DNA of 61,767 bases, filler included, from Choristocarpus tenellus KU-1152 (GCA_964200185.2; 14 parts of 14 records of this genome joined end to end with filler, not necessarily neighbours in it), one strand, 5' to 3'; numbered from the whole stretch's first letter, positions 35,478 through 48,079 are shown. Notes: generated from the sequence alone by a model not told the origin. Translations and numbers: made by a program.

Positions 35478-36039
35478 ATGCGTGAGTGGTGTATCATACA
35501 GGGGAAGGTCAGCGATGTTCACATGGACGGTTCAGGGGCGTACATTTACTCAGTGTCCTACCTTCCGGATGATGGCGAAAAATCCTTGCATCCTCACCTG
35601 AGATCGCACATGACAGAGAACGAGGGAGAGGAGGGTGTCGACAAACTTCGGGAGAAGAACGAGAGAGACAGTGTGGAGGCTGCAGCCCAGCGTGTCAGAC
35701 AATGCCGCTGGTCAATGGTTGACCGCCAGCGTATTGACGTGGAGAAAGACACGAAGAAATATATACTCCTTGAACCGACACTGAGGGCTATGCCGGATTT
35801 AGATGAGGGAGAATCACTCAATGCAGGTGCCAAGGGGAGAGGACTATACTTCAGATATATGGGACAATCAGTGGATGCGAGGGACTGTGACCAAGTACCA
35901 GCCCCACTACATGGTGAAAGTTAGAGATAAGCGAGTCAGCTACCCCTACGAGGTTAAATTGGAGAATGGCGAATTGCGAAATATCCAGCTTCTTGTCGAA
36001 CAATACAGTATAGACCAAGGCGCTCCTGCACGTGCCTAG
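35478..36039 (+). pseudogene. Two Tudor/SH3-like barrel domains, frameshifted near 35835
   Basis: IQGKVSDV..YIYSVSYLPDDGE and WDNQWMRGTVTKY..YEVKLENGELRNIQL fit the W-x-x-G-x-V ... Y-x-V-x-(Y/L)-x-(D/N)-G-E Tudor pattern. Confidence 0.45.
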
Positions 36040-36666
36040 TTCTGGACAAGTCCAACTCTGCCCCCATAATGACGAGGGACACGACTTTGAGGAGCAACCT
36101 AGGCCAATTCCTGATCGTGAGTCACCCTCTACGTTGCCAATCAGATACATGACTCGACAGACACGTTATACTGGAGAGGTCGGACGTTCTCTAAATCAAT
36201 GGACTTACACATTTGGTATATTAATCATCAATATCTTCCTGCTGAGTTTGTGTCTATGTGTCCTCGTACGCATGCTATTATTGGTCCGATGGCAACCTGG
36301 AATTCATCTCGATTAGTGCGTTCTGCCACTATCCTCTAACACTCTTATTGACATGCCCCAATCCTTTTTCCTCCCCTCTTTGCGTTCATTGGACGACAGA
36401 GCAATTGACAGAAACCTTGCTAAAACTATGTTGACGCAGAAGCATCTCGTACTCCATACCACCACCTTCAGTACAAGTCAAGATTTTCACAACAGATGAC
36501 CCCTCTTCCACACTCAATCCAAACGGCAGCAACCATCCCAGCTCCAAACTTTGAACCCAACGGCAACTTCCCTGAGCCACAATAACATAGTCTACACTCA
36601 CTCAAGCGCCAAGCGTAGGTCCTGAAGGCATTTTATTCCAAATTACATCAAGAAAGGACGATGACT

Positions 36667-36789
36667 GAGTCAAAGTATCTGGGGGGGTGGTGGTTTGGGA
36701 GGGGGCGTCCGTTTCGGCCCCAACGAGTTGCTCAAAAATTATGGGAATTGCTATCTTCAGTCGTGGACCCCCCCCAGATACTTTGACCC
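36667..36789 (+). mobile_element. Family A MITE, 123-bp short derivative
   Basis: GAGTCAAAGTATCTGGGGG ... CCCCCAGATACTTTGACCC. Confidence 0.88.
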
Positions 36790-37106
36790 ACCTAGCTTAG
36801 CCCTACACCACAGTTGTTGTCTTGTATGAATGTTGTGGTAGTAAATACGTTAACCATCTCTGCATATTAACAGTGGATATTAAAAATTGAGGATGGAGCG
36901 GGGCTATGAGGATGGTTGTTCTGCGAAAACGGTCTTGAAAAAGTACTGAAAGGTTTTTTTTGCAACTTTTTTTGCACTTGGAAGGGCCCGGGATATGTCC
37001 TTTTTTNNNNNNNNNNNNNNNNNNNNNNNNNNNNNNNNNNNNNNNNNNNNTTAATTAATTAANNNNNNNNNNNNNNNNNNNNNNNNNNNNNNNNNNNNNN
37101 NNNNNN

Positions 37107-37189
37107 ATACTGTAAATGAACTTTTCTTCATTTTGGTCCAAATAGACACCCTGGTGTAGACACCCCCCCCCTCCCAGATACTTTGGGTC
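37107..37189 (-). mobile_element. Family A MITE end
   Basis: ACACCCTGGTGTAGA, C-tract, AGATACTTTGGGTC. Confidence 0.88.
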
Positions 37190-37730
37190 ATTATATCATC
37201 ATTCTATTGAACTCCATATTCTGAAATTTCTTATCAAAATCAGAGGCACACTGCATTTTGAAGTCGAACCTGCATCCCTGCTAAAATAAACCCTTACCTT
37301 TAGCCAATCAAACGAATTATTAGGCGGAGGTATCCGGGCCCTTTGAATTAAATCAAATAACCCCTAAACCTAACCCTAACCATACTGTCCACTAATCCTA
37401 TAACCTGCACAAACAAGACACAGCAGGTAGGTCAAGCCTACTTCGTTAATATCGCTACATTTATCTGTTCTGTTCAGGCCAGCACCTGTGCCCCAACCAC
37501 ATAGGCAATCCCAAAAGAACAAAAACAGAAAGTTATAGCAACAAGTTTTTAACCCCCAATTCAGTGCAGTTAGGGTGGGGATTAGGATGTAACTATCAAT
37601 GAATTACATCAATAGTATGATACAATTCATTTAAGGCCACCTATCACACAAATGAAATCATTGAAACTTTGTAACGTATAGGACCACAAAGATAGACACA
37701 ATGTACGCCACTCACATGCCATTCAAGCTT

Positions 37731-40700
37731 TCACAGGATAGCATCCGGCATGTCCACGTCGTTGGTTACTCCTTCACCCCTCTCCCCTTCGTCACCAACC
37801 CCTCCACGCTCAACTCTTGGACCTTCATCCTCATCTAGGCCTACATCAGCAGACCCAGACAGTTGTTGCCCATAGCCTTCAGATGAACAACCTTGATTTA
37901 CCTGCCCCAGCACAGGCAGTTGGACCAGTCGTTGATGATGCTCATCCTCTTGAGATTCCTGACCTGTTATCTCCTGCGGCTCTTGATGGTGGGCATGGGG
38001 TGGTGGTAATGTTCTTGTGGTGGTGGAGATGTCCCCTGGTAGATGTTGCCTGGATAGCCTGTCAGAAACGAATCATCACAAACAAACATAGGTAAATATA
38101 ACTAAGAAAGAGAAAACATGAACACAAGAGGGGATCCCAGGGTATATTGAGGGGTATATCAATGGACATTTCATTGGACCGACCCAGGGACTGGTTGAAT
38201 TTTACACCCACTAAACCAGACCAAGAAATATCAAAACCAGACCTACCCACCAACAAAACAGAAAAAAAACTGGATGCCTAACACAAGATCCACCAAGGGA
38301 CATAACGAAGATCAAGGATAAAAGAGGGTTACACATTAGAAATCGACGACACTCGAACGTTTGTCAGAGGTACACCTTAAACTGACAAACGACACCTTAA
38401 ACTGACCAGACAACACACTACATTTTATCAACATCAGCAGTCAGCGTATTCTTACATTTCTACTGTAGAAATAGTCACTGGCTTACGATCCGACCTTTCA
38501 AGAGCATTTTCTACTTAGGGTTAGGGTCACCGCGATAAAAAACAGTTGCAAAGTTATTCAACCATGGGCGGATCTTGAAAATCCATGCACAATCAGTCTT
38601 GCCTTTCAAGCAAAAGGGTAGAAGTTGCCAGCTTGTCAAAAGGAAACCGACACAAGGAAATGTGTTAGGGTTAGGGTTACAAGGAAATGTGGGTACTTTT
38701 GTCGGTACTAACCCTAACCCTGAAGTCTTATCAAAACATTAAAGTCTCGTACGGGTGTACCACCCTCAAGTATTCTTGAACTCTCTCAAAAAAGAAACTG
38801 TACCAGCTGAGGTCTTAAAGCACCCCCGATTACTTGTACTGACTGCAAAGTCCTCTGATTGCTCTAAAATTTGTGTCATGTGCAGTGTTAGGATTGACAG
38901 ATGACCCCCTGAGCTTTGGTTGGGTTAGGTTTAGGGTTATACATTCACAAGATTTTGACAAGTACACCTAGCCTTTCTGGTTCCAGTCAGCAGAATGAGT
39001 CTTTAGCTCAAGTCAAGAAGGATTTGATCCAATGTTCTCACGCCTTCTCAACAAGAGATGATCATCTACATTGCCTCATATCCTGCTTGCCATGACTCAC
39101 TGCACCCCTTACTCTAGCGCTTAACACATCACATACATACAAGTTTATGTTACACACACGAGCCCTAACCCTAACCTAAATTGTATTTTTTAAAAGTGTT
39201 CACCTAACAACAAATACATGAGACCTCTTTCTCAGCAGTACTCTGAAGTATCCTTGAGTGAATGTAACCTTTTTACCATACATGACACATTACCAAACTT
39301 TCAATCACCTGGCACGCTTCGAGACTTGTTCCATCAGGGGTTGAACAAGCTGCACTGCGACCTGATCCCCCTTTCGACCTGGCTGCTCATTTGAACTTGA
39401 CTCTCCTGTACTATTCAGGGATGTCACCGACGTTGTCAAGGCCATGGATTGCGGGCTCGGTAGAGTTCCCCCTGCAGACGCCATGGGGGGGTCAATACTC
39501 CTCTGTCCCTGACGCATGCTCCCAAAGCTGCTACCACTCCGACCATGATCGTTTGAGTTGCACTGACTGGAACCGCGAGGCTGCCGGAGAGGAGAAGGCT
39601 CTCTCTCTGGCCTGTTGTCCATAACCGGGGATGCTAACACATTGCTGCTACCTCCTCGTAAAAAACTGTCGGGATTGCTCTGTCCTCCAGATACAACCCC
39701 CCCCAAACTATTACCAGACCCTGAGCTTCCAATGTTGTCCTGCAGAAAGGGAGAGGATTAGAGAGTAAAGAGGTTAAGGTTAAGATCAAACATCAACACA
39801 ATTGAGGGGTACGTGAGCGATGTATCAACGCATGCAGTATTACAATAGTATAACAATAGTATGACAATAGAAATGACCTAGCATTGTGAGCGTTACTAGC
39901 AAAGTGAAACTCAATGGAAAAGAAACAGGCATTTGGGGTGACACATTCATGCCACATGAAACCTCATCTGTCTCTCATGTCTCACTGTGTGCACAAAAAC
40001 TTGTGAGAAGGGTGAACACAATCATGCAAGGGAAGGACAAAAATTAGGTTATCGAATCAGAGAATCCATTCACACCAATATATCGTATCAGCCTCTCCAA
40101 GAAGAATACCAATATCTTGAATGAAAAGCTGGCTACCACACCTCACACCCCCTTCACCACCAATGTTTCTAAACCAAAGCAAAATATAAATATGCTATCA
40201 AAGCAGCAAAAAGACGTCATCAATTACATCCAAGGTTAGACACACCACACACCCCTGTGCCACAAAGAGACCGCCCTCCTTGACATAGAGATTGTGTGTC
40301 TTGGAAATTCCTTCCTAGCAAAGTGGTTTCATCTTGGTTAAGATGTTCCAGCGTGTGCTGTCCGCAATCCATCGCTGACAACTACAAGCCAAAAATATGG
40401 TTAGGGTTAGGGTAATACAGAAAATATGAGATTTCAACAAATAGATATCACAAGCAGATATGTACAGTATATTACAAGGCAGAGTAGACATCGTACAGTA
40501 TACTATGACAATAAATCCAGAGCATAATGCAAAGTCACCAAAGCATCCTTTTGGTCAGTTGAGGGGGAGCAATTTCATTTGTGGGCAAGACTTGACAGCA
40601 AAAATATCATCAACTCAATCAAGCGATAGTGTGGATCTTGATACAATTCTAAAATAGAGCCACCAGCTATCACAAACCTGAACAAGTAGCGGATATAGCT

Positions 40701-43577
40701 GGGAATCATACCCTCTGCTCAAAGTCATTAAGAGTAAGAACAACTGTAGCAGGAAAAAGGACAAGCAACAAGCAGCAGATGAGAAACCACCTCTCCTTAA
40801 AAGGGGACTCTTGCCTGCTCCTCAATCTGCTCAAATGTGGGCCGGTCTTCCCGCTTCTCAGCCCAGCTCTTAGAGATAACTTCCCTTAAACATTCAGGTG
40901 AAGTCGTAGGCAGTGAAGGGCGCTCTCCGTTACGCACACTGAACTGAATTGCAAATGTGTTCAAGTTCTTCCAAGGTTCTTCCCGGGTAAGCACCTCCCT
41001 CAACACAATGGCAAAGCTGTATTTACAATCATGGAGTAAAGAACCAGCTGATTAGGGGTGAAAGCATTAGAATGTCATCATTTCTCCAAAGTGAAGAATT
41101 GGAAGTAAAGAGCAAGCAAAGATCACACAATACACCTACATTATGCCTTGCACAACAGTGTAACCCCATAAAAAACAGTCAACAAAAAACAGTCCCAGCA
41201 TAGCCATGATCATCTACAACCCTTTGCTTCTGACAACAAGATATCCAAAAAGACTCCACAGCCTTTCTACCTGTAAACGTCACTAGCTCTGCTGTTTTTG
41301 CCTTTCCACACTTCTGGAGCTGCATACGCAGCAGATCTTCCTCTTGTCTTTTCCTGTCTACTTCTCCGAGTGATCTTCACAACTCGTGCTAGTCCAAAGT
41401 CTGCAACCTGTGAGGAAAACAATCAACATACATTTGGCAGAATAAGGCAACAAGGGGGAACTTCAACATCTAGTGATACATAAATTCCACAATTCTGAAC
41501 AATTTTTTTTTAACAGTACACATTACACGTATTGTCATCATATCTCAAAATACAACCGACTCTTCAAAAAAAAAAACTACACACTAAAAGAACTCAAAAA
41601 ACACCCTATCAAGAAATACATCATGCTTCAGTTCGAAAGTGCTTGTGAAGTATACACGAAAACACAACACCTACACAAGGGTATGTCACTTCTCTGCGAG
41701 GTCATAACATCCAAAAACGACCAATAGTGTACCATGATGCACTTTTACATATGCAGACTTGAAACAATCAACTGAAAGACATACCAGATATAAAGCTCAA
41801 GATCATTTTGAAAAAAGGGAACTATAATTTCATGACATCACACATTCTTATGCAAGACCAACCCAACAATCAGAACCATCATTAACAGATGAGTAAGAAG
41901 AGAAAAAAGTAACACTCACACTGAATGGTTTGTAATATGGGTAGACAATTATTTCTATTTAGGTACCAATCTCCAGTCAAACTTGCAGGGTGATTGAAGG
42001 AGGACAATGTGAACTGTTCTGCATTGGTTTTAAAAAAACAGTCTAGAGTTGGCTGTGACACCGTCTCTTATTTGATAGAATTCATCAAGGAAAACTAAGG
42101 TAATGCTTGCTTCAGAAGGAATTTTCTCTCAGGCTTACCTTTGCCCTTTTCTTGCCATCAAGGAGAATGTTCTGACACTTGAGATCTCCGTGTACAATCT
42201 CATTGGCGTGAATGAACTTCATGCCCCCTACCACATCCAAGATTATCCTTTTCCCATCATTTGTAATATACCCAGACTCCCAAGAAGCATTGTTGAGGAA
42301 CGTTCTTAAGTTTCCACCTGGTAAAAACTCTGTCACAATGACACACTGCCATTCCCAACAATCAACAACCATGGGGCAGATATATGTAGGGAAGACTGAA
42401 AGTCAAAAGTTTGGACCTTGAGCAATCTCTACCTGTAACGCTAACCCTAACATGAAAAATACGCATGTGCAATGTACCCCTAACAATGAACAAAATACAT
42501 GAAAAAAAGGGTTAGGGTTAGGGTTGATAAGAGACAAAAGCGAGGTCAACTTCACTCAGTAGCATCCAAACCATCAATCCCCCACACAAATGAAAGCACT
42601 TCTTACCGGTATTGTCTGATGTTCCACCACATCCAGAAGTCTAACCACATAAGGCGACTCCTCTAACATTTTCATATGGTCGCACTCTGATTTTATTTCC
42701 TGGAGTTCCTTTTCCAAGTCCTCGGTGGTGAACTCTTCAAGAGGAAACTTTGCAGCAGCATTCACACCCTTGTAGTCCACAAGATACACCTGAATAGGCA
42801 AACAAATGTTTTGCAATGGCAAATATTCAGCTACTCCTGGAGCTGTTACAGCATCCTAGTGCACCCAGCATCTGTATCACATAGCTAGAACATTCCTGAA
42901 GTGACAATATGGTGTCAGAAATACAACAGTAGGATCACAAGAATATATACATACAAACACCAGACATTTGACAAATTGTGCATGCTCATTTGCTCATTTG
43001 TAGGTTGACCACTCATGAGAGCTTTATGTAATTTGATTTTAGAACATTTTGGAAAATATTCAAAAAATATATATTCTCCATGTTACACGCTATGCACGCT
43101 ATACGTAACCTCACATTAGTACTTCCCAAGCAAGGAATGACATAGAAATTGGGTGGAGCATCCCTGCCTCACCTTGCCAAAGCCACCACAACCAATCAGG
43201 TCCCCTGCAGATTGCCAACTATCAGTTCCCCAAACTCTCACAGTCACATCCTTCCAGATAAAAAAAAACGAGGGTGGTGGCATTCATTGGTCACCGTTTG
43301 AACTCCATTGACGGCATTTGTGCATCATATGGTCAACGGTTTTAAACAGAAACAATCTATGATGTGTACTAATGTCTAAACATCTGTCAAAATTTGAAGC
43401 ACCATAGACCTCTCACCAGCTGTAAAGTATCTGCTATAGCTCCTATTTGGATGTCTCCTTCATATACTAGAGCAGCGAAGACAGACCATTTAAGACTATA
43501 CTATACCCACCTCCTGCGAGTGCTTCTCAAAGCTTTCAGCAGCAGACTTTGCCTCCGCCAGTCTCTTCTCCCATAGC
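37731..43577 (-). CDS. Multi-exon TKL-type protein kinase (non-RD) with a long disordered C-terminal tail; 5' end uncertain, possibly extending to about 44190
   Basis: Exons 43577-43511, 43250-43173 (IGCGGFGK), 42789-42607 (AAAK, alphaC Glu), 42345-42139 (HGDLKCQNILL), 41407-41271 (DFG..YAAPE..SDVYS), 41016-40815 (GERP..W..RPTF), tentative small exons near 40700 and 40330, 39739-39309 and 38058-37731; the kinase exons join in frame. Confidence 0.85.
38652..38691. repeat. Interstitial telomeric tract TTAGGGTTAGGGTT flanked by a 13-bp direct repeat
   Basis: ACAAGGAAATGTG-TTAGGGTTAGGGTT-ACAAGGAAATGTG. Confidence 0.9.
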
Positions 43578-45217
43578 CTAGATAGTTCACACTTTTGCCA
43601 CCTTCCGTTCCTTTTGTAGTGTTGCAACATCTGGTAGGTAGATGATGTATAAGATCGTAAATTAGAAGCAAGATTAACAACATGTGCCAACACAATAATA
43701 CCCACAACTAATAAAAAATGTTCAAAAGGTTGAACTTAATGTCTACCTCTCTAGTTTAATAATCGGTTATTGAATTTTTATTTTCTTTGTACTTAGTATG
43801 TGCTGTTTGACATACAGATTTTAACCATTCCCAACAAAGCTTCAACGTTACATGTCACCCAACACAAAAATCGAAGAGGGAAAGGAGAGCACAGGAATCT
43901 AAGACCAGGAGCACAAAAGCATATCAAATTTCTCAACCACTTCCAAACTACCCTTACGAGTCAATACCCAGTGAAACAATAAAAATAATAATAACACACC
44001 ACCAAAAATAGGCCACAGTAGTAAGGTAATAAACTCTAGTGTGCTTTATATTATTATAGCCACTCCACCTTTCCATAGGTGTAAGAATGTGGGATAAAAG
44101 TTTTTAAAGTTGGTCAAGTATGACGGAAAAGTAGGTGGCACATCAAAATCCGTCATTCTCTTGTCTGCATCACTGTCCATGTACCTTCTGCACTACTCAG
44201 AACAGATTGAAAATATACTTTTCACATTATCATTAAACCACAAGGAAATACATGAAATATATATAGTGCATATCAACAGACTCAACTTAATTAGAGACAA
44301 ATCAAATCCAATACAAAGCAAGCAGAACACACATTGAGAGGAAAATAGTATAGTAAAATTGACAAGTAAGGCTTTTGCCACAGTTGTGACACAGTCTCTT
44401 TATTAATTACTCATGACGAAACCATAAGAAAATCAAATTGGTACACACTTCTAACCTAGCAACATTCTATTGTGTCATGGGGACATAGCTAACAGGGTAA
44501 GAGGGTGAGATAGATTGTACAACGAAAGTGTGTAAGAGAAAAGAAATGATCATCCAACAGAATAGGATCAATAAAACACGCTAGACATAAAGACTGCGTA
44601 CGAAAGATACACCATGGTCATCCATACTGACCTCAAGTCATACATTTACTCTATGGTGTAATTCGCTTGTCAAATGGTACCAAGTGAAATAAAAAGCTTG
44701 ACAGATGTACACCCTTAACTCAACAGCAAAATGACCAATCTGATCTTCGCAATTGCTGTCTAGAGATAAGAATGGAGACAAAAAATATGAACAAGTGCTC
44801 TCTATGTATATATAGCGATTACAACCTGAACATCTAATCAGATAGACAACAAATTTAAGAGGAAGATACAATTAAACNNNNNNNNNNNNNNNNNNNNNNN
44901 NNNNNNNNNNNNNNNNNNNNNTTAATTAATTAANNNNNNNNNNNNNNNNNNNNNNNNNNNNNNNNNNNNNNNNNNNNCGCTCCGCCTTGATGCAGTGTCA
45001 TTGCCCCAGTCTGAGTCTCCATACCCGACCAGGCCCCCATTGTCCATTTCACCACCAGCAGGATAGTGTATCCCTATTTTTGTGGTGCCCGCCAGGTATC
45101 GCAGAACAGGTTGTAGTCCTTTCCAGTGTCGATCGCATGGAGATGCTGCCTATCTTCCCAGTTCCCGCACACTGTTGGATATGTCTGGTCGTGTCATCCC
45201 GGCTAGTAACATAAGTT

Positions 45218-45475
45218 GAGCCAATGTATCTTAGAGGGTAGAGGGGTGTTCATTTGGGGGTCAAAATCCAATGTTGTGATTTTGATGTAAATTTGGCTAT
45301 CATGTTTGTTAGCAAGTGTCAATATCCTTGTTCCAGACACACCTTTTCATAATGTATATATTTTACCTACTCTGAAGCATTTTGGAGTAGGAAAAGGACA
45401 TAAAAAAAAACATGGGAAGCCAAACACCAAACGGACAAATAGGGCAAACTCGTACCCTCTAAGATAAATTCACTC
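45218..45475 (-). mobile_element. Family B MITE inserted in Copia RT, 4-bp TSD AGTT
   Basis: AGTT-GAGCCAATGTATCTTAGAGGG ... CCCTCTAAGATAAATTCACTC-AGTT; removal restores LGKLMLLAGMTRPD. Confidence 0.93.
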
Positions 45476-45929
45476 AGTTTCCCCAGGATGGTGCGGTAAG
45501 GTTTGTACCTCTGGTCCAGCTCCTCCTCGTCAGTTCTTCTTGCGGTCAGGTCCATTCCTGGGTTTAAAGGTGATGAGGTACTCCGTACTTCTGTGGAGCC
45601 CGTTCCTTCGAAAACAATGCTCTCTGCATAGAAATATTGGTCTAGTGCGATGCCATCCTCATCCCTGTTGATTACCACCCTAACTAACTTGTCTGGGTTC
45701 CCAAGGTCCCGTCCTTCATACTTGGTAAGCAGATTGCTCTTCATCCTCTTTATTTCTTTGTGGAAGTTTCCAGTCAATGAGATGTCATCCATGTAGTGAA
45801 AAAGAACAGCGACCCTTCCATCTTCACTCCTTTTCACATATAAGCAGGCGTCAAAATCGCTAACACTCCACCCCTCAGATAAATTTGTTCTCTTTAGCTC
45901 CTTGTACCACTCCATTGCTGATTGCTTAA

Positions 45930-46245
45930 GAGTGAAAGTATCTTAGAGGGTATGAGTGCTGCCCTGTTTGTCCATTTGGGGCTTGGGAGCCAAACTATCT
46001 TAGAGGGTAGGGGCGCGTCCATTTGGAGGTCAAAATCCAATGTTGTGATTTTGATTTAATTTTGGCTACCATGTTTGTCAGGAAGTTTCAATATCCATGT
46101 TCCAGACATACCTCTTCATAACGTATACATTTTACCTACTCCGAAACATTTTGGAGTAGGTAAAATGTCATAAAAAAAAACATGGGAAGCCAAGCCCAAA
46201 TGGACAAACAGGGCGAAACTCTTACCCTCTAAGTTGCTTTCACTT
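45930..46245. mobile_element. Compound family B structure: 57-bp left end (45930-45986) fused to an inverted full copy (45987-46245)
   Basis: Two successive GAG..AAA.TATCTTAGAGGGTA starts and one closing TACCCTCTAAG..TTTCACT. Confidence 0.88.
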
Positions 46246-47958
46246 CGCCGGGCTGCTTGGGGGTCCTTCCACTCGGTTGATAGCTTAGGGCCTCGGACTT
46301 GCATTCCTTGCAGGTCTCCCATTGCAGTTCTGACGCCACAGTAGCGTCGGTGATCTCTAAATGTCCACATTTCTCGAGATGCTTTATTGCTGATGGTTTG
46401 ATGTGTCCCAATATGTTGTGCCAGTCCCTCAATGTCAGCCTCTGCTTTTGGTTGGCTCGTGCAGCACTGGCTCTCGATTCTTGTTCCATGGTGATTATGG
46501 TTCCGGTTAAATTTAAGAACCCCCCCGATTTTTGTAGGTTTATCTTGGGCGAATTCTTGGAGGCCCTCAGATAACTTTCTTTTATTCCCGAATCCATAAA
46601 TTCTCCTCCATTCCGTCGTATACTTCCAGTACTCAATATGCGGCATGGTAGTTGACCTGGAACCCATAGAACATCCTTCAGAACCACTCTTGTTGGTTTG
46701 CCGTCCTTGTCCGTCACCATTAGAACCATATCCCTGGTTTCCTTCGCTTCCAGTTTCCCATTGTTTCCGAAGGTGCATGTGCGTTTGGTAGGCTGATTGC
46801 TTACGAGGTCTTCACGATCAGGTGTAAGATGTACGTTTGCTCCAGAGTCACACAATATCTCGACTTTTCTTCCACTGGAGGAGTTGCACACCACACTTTT
46901 GTTAACCTCCTCGTCTGATGTCACTCTGAAACTGGAGAAGGAGCGCGCTTGGTTTCCGTCGACTTTGTTGCTGCTCCCACGAGTTGGGGGTGACGGAAAT
47001 GTTCCGGGTGCCATCCCAGGCGGACGTGTTGCCAGTGGCTTTCCTTTTAAGTATTGGTAGCAATTCTGCCATAGGTGGTTCATCCTTAAGCAATATATCC
47101 ACATTGTTTTGATTTGAGGCCGCTTCCAGCTGATCCCCTGATCTTCCGAGCATGACCGTTCTTCATATTGCCATGCATTGCTAATACCCCATCATGACCA
47201 TCTTGACCCGAGTGAAGGTAAGTTGGCGACGAGATGACTGCCTGTTTGAGCTTCTCATAGCTGATGTCCGGGGGCATTATTAATTGCGCGAACACATGTA
47301 GCATCGTTTCCTTGATCCCAAGCAGTATAGATGCCTTCTTCATGTTTTCGGATTTGGGCTCCTTGAGCTCCTCGATTTCCAAAAATAATCGTTTGAGTTT
47401 AACGACAAAATCAGTGCTGTCCTGAGACGCTGCGCACTGTAATTCACGGAATTTTTCCTCCAATGACTTGTACGGGGATTTCGTCCTGTGTGCGTCCACC
47501 GTAGACTCGTTCTAGTTCCAACCAAGCTCCTCTGCCGTCTGGTTGACCTCCATTTTCGTATTTGGCCACAATCGTCGATGCAGATCCTTTCGTTGTTTGT
47601 AGAAGGAGGAACCATAACGCCTTGTTATTCTTCAAGTATGTGGCATGTGCCGTGCGCACTGCCTCTCCCAAGATGGGTGTTTCGGGAATCTCATAGTCCC
47701 TTGTCGTTATTGCGTACAAACCCTTTCCTCCAGCGTAGGTGATCAGTGACAGTCTCCAAGTTGACCAGGTCTCCAATGACCTTCCTGTCACCCCCGTCCA
47801 GACAGCAAGTTTCTTCAGGTCAGTCTCCATACTATCAAGGCTCATAACCTGTGCAAATNNNNNNNNNNNNNNNNNNNNNNNNNNNNNNNNNNNNNNNNNN
47901 NNTTAATTAATTAANNNNNNNNNNNNNNNNNNNNNNNNNNNNNNNNNNNNNNNNNNNN

Positions 47959-48061
47959 TTTGTTTCCATTCATCGGATGGTTATGAAACCGCCCCCTTTC
48001 CGGTTTTTGGCCCAAAGGGTTCCCCGGGTGTAGCCCCCCCCCCCCACAGATACTTCGGGTC
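47959..48061 (-). mobile_element. Family A MITE end
   Basis: C-tract, ACAGATACTTCGGGTC. Confidence 0.8.
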
Positions 48062-48079
48062 AATATTGTGTCGTCCCAC

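Larger units (their letters stand above)
44978..47858 (-). mobile_element. Ty1/Copia (Hemivirus-type) retrotransposon, decayed: LTR end, PBS, gag, protease, pre-integrase, partial RT and start of RNase H
   Basis: CA-GGTTATGAGCC at 47851-47839; gag DGRGAWLEL; decayed zinc knuckle IYCLRMNHLWQNC; ILCDSGANVH; WHNILGH; RT DACLY and HYMDDI; TRPDIS; three family B insertions. Confidence 0.92.

Noticed and set aside
42346-42433. In-frame TGA upstream of the HGDLK exon as selenocysteine or readthrough
   Set aside because: A downstream AG acceptor gives HQTIP/CVIVTEF in frame, placing the TGA in the intron.
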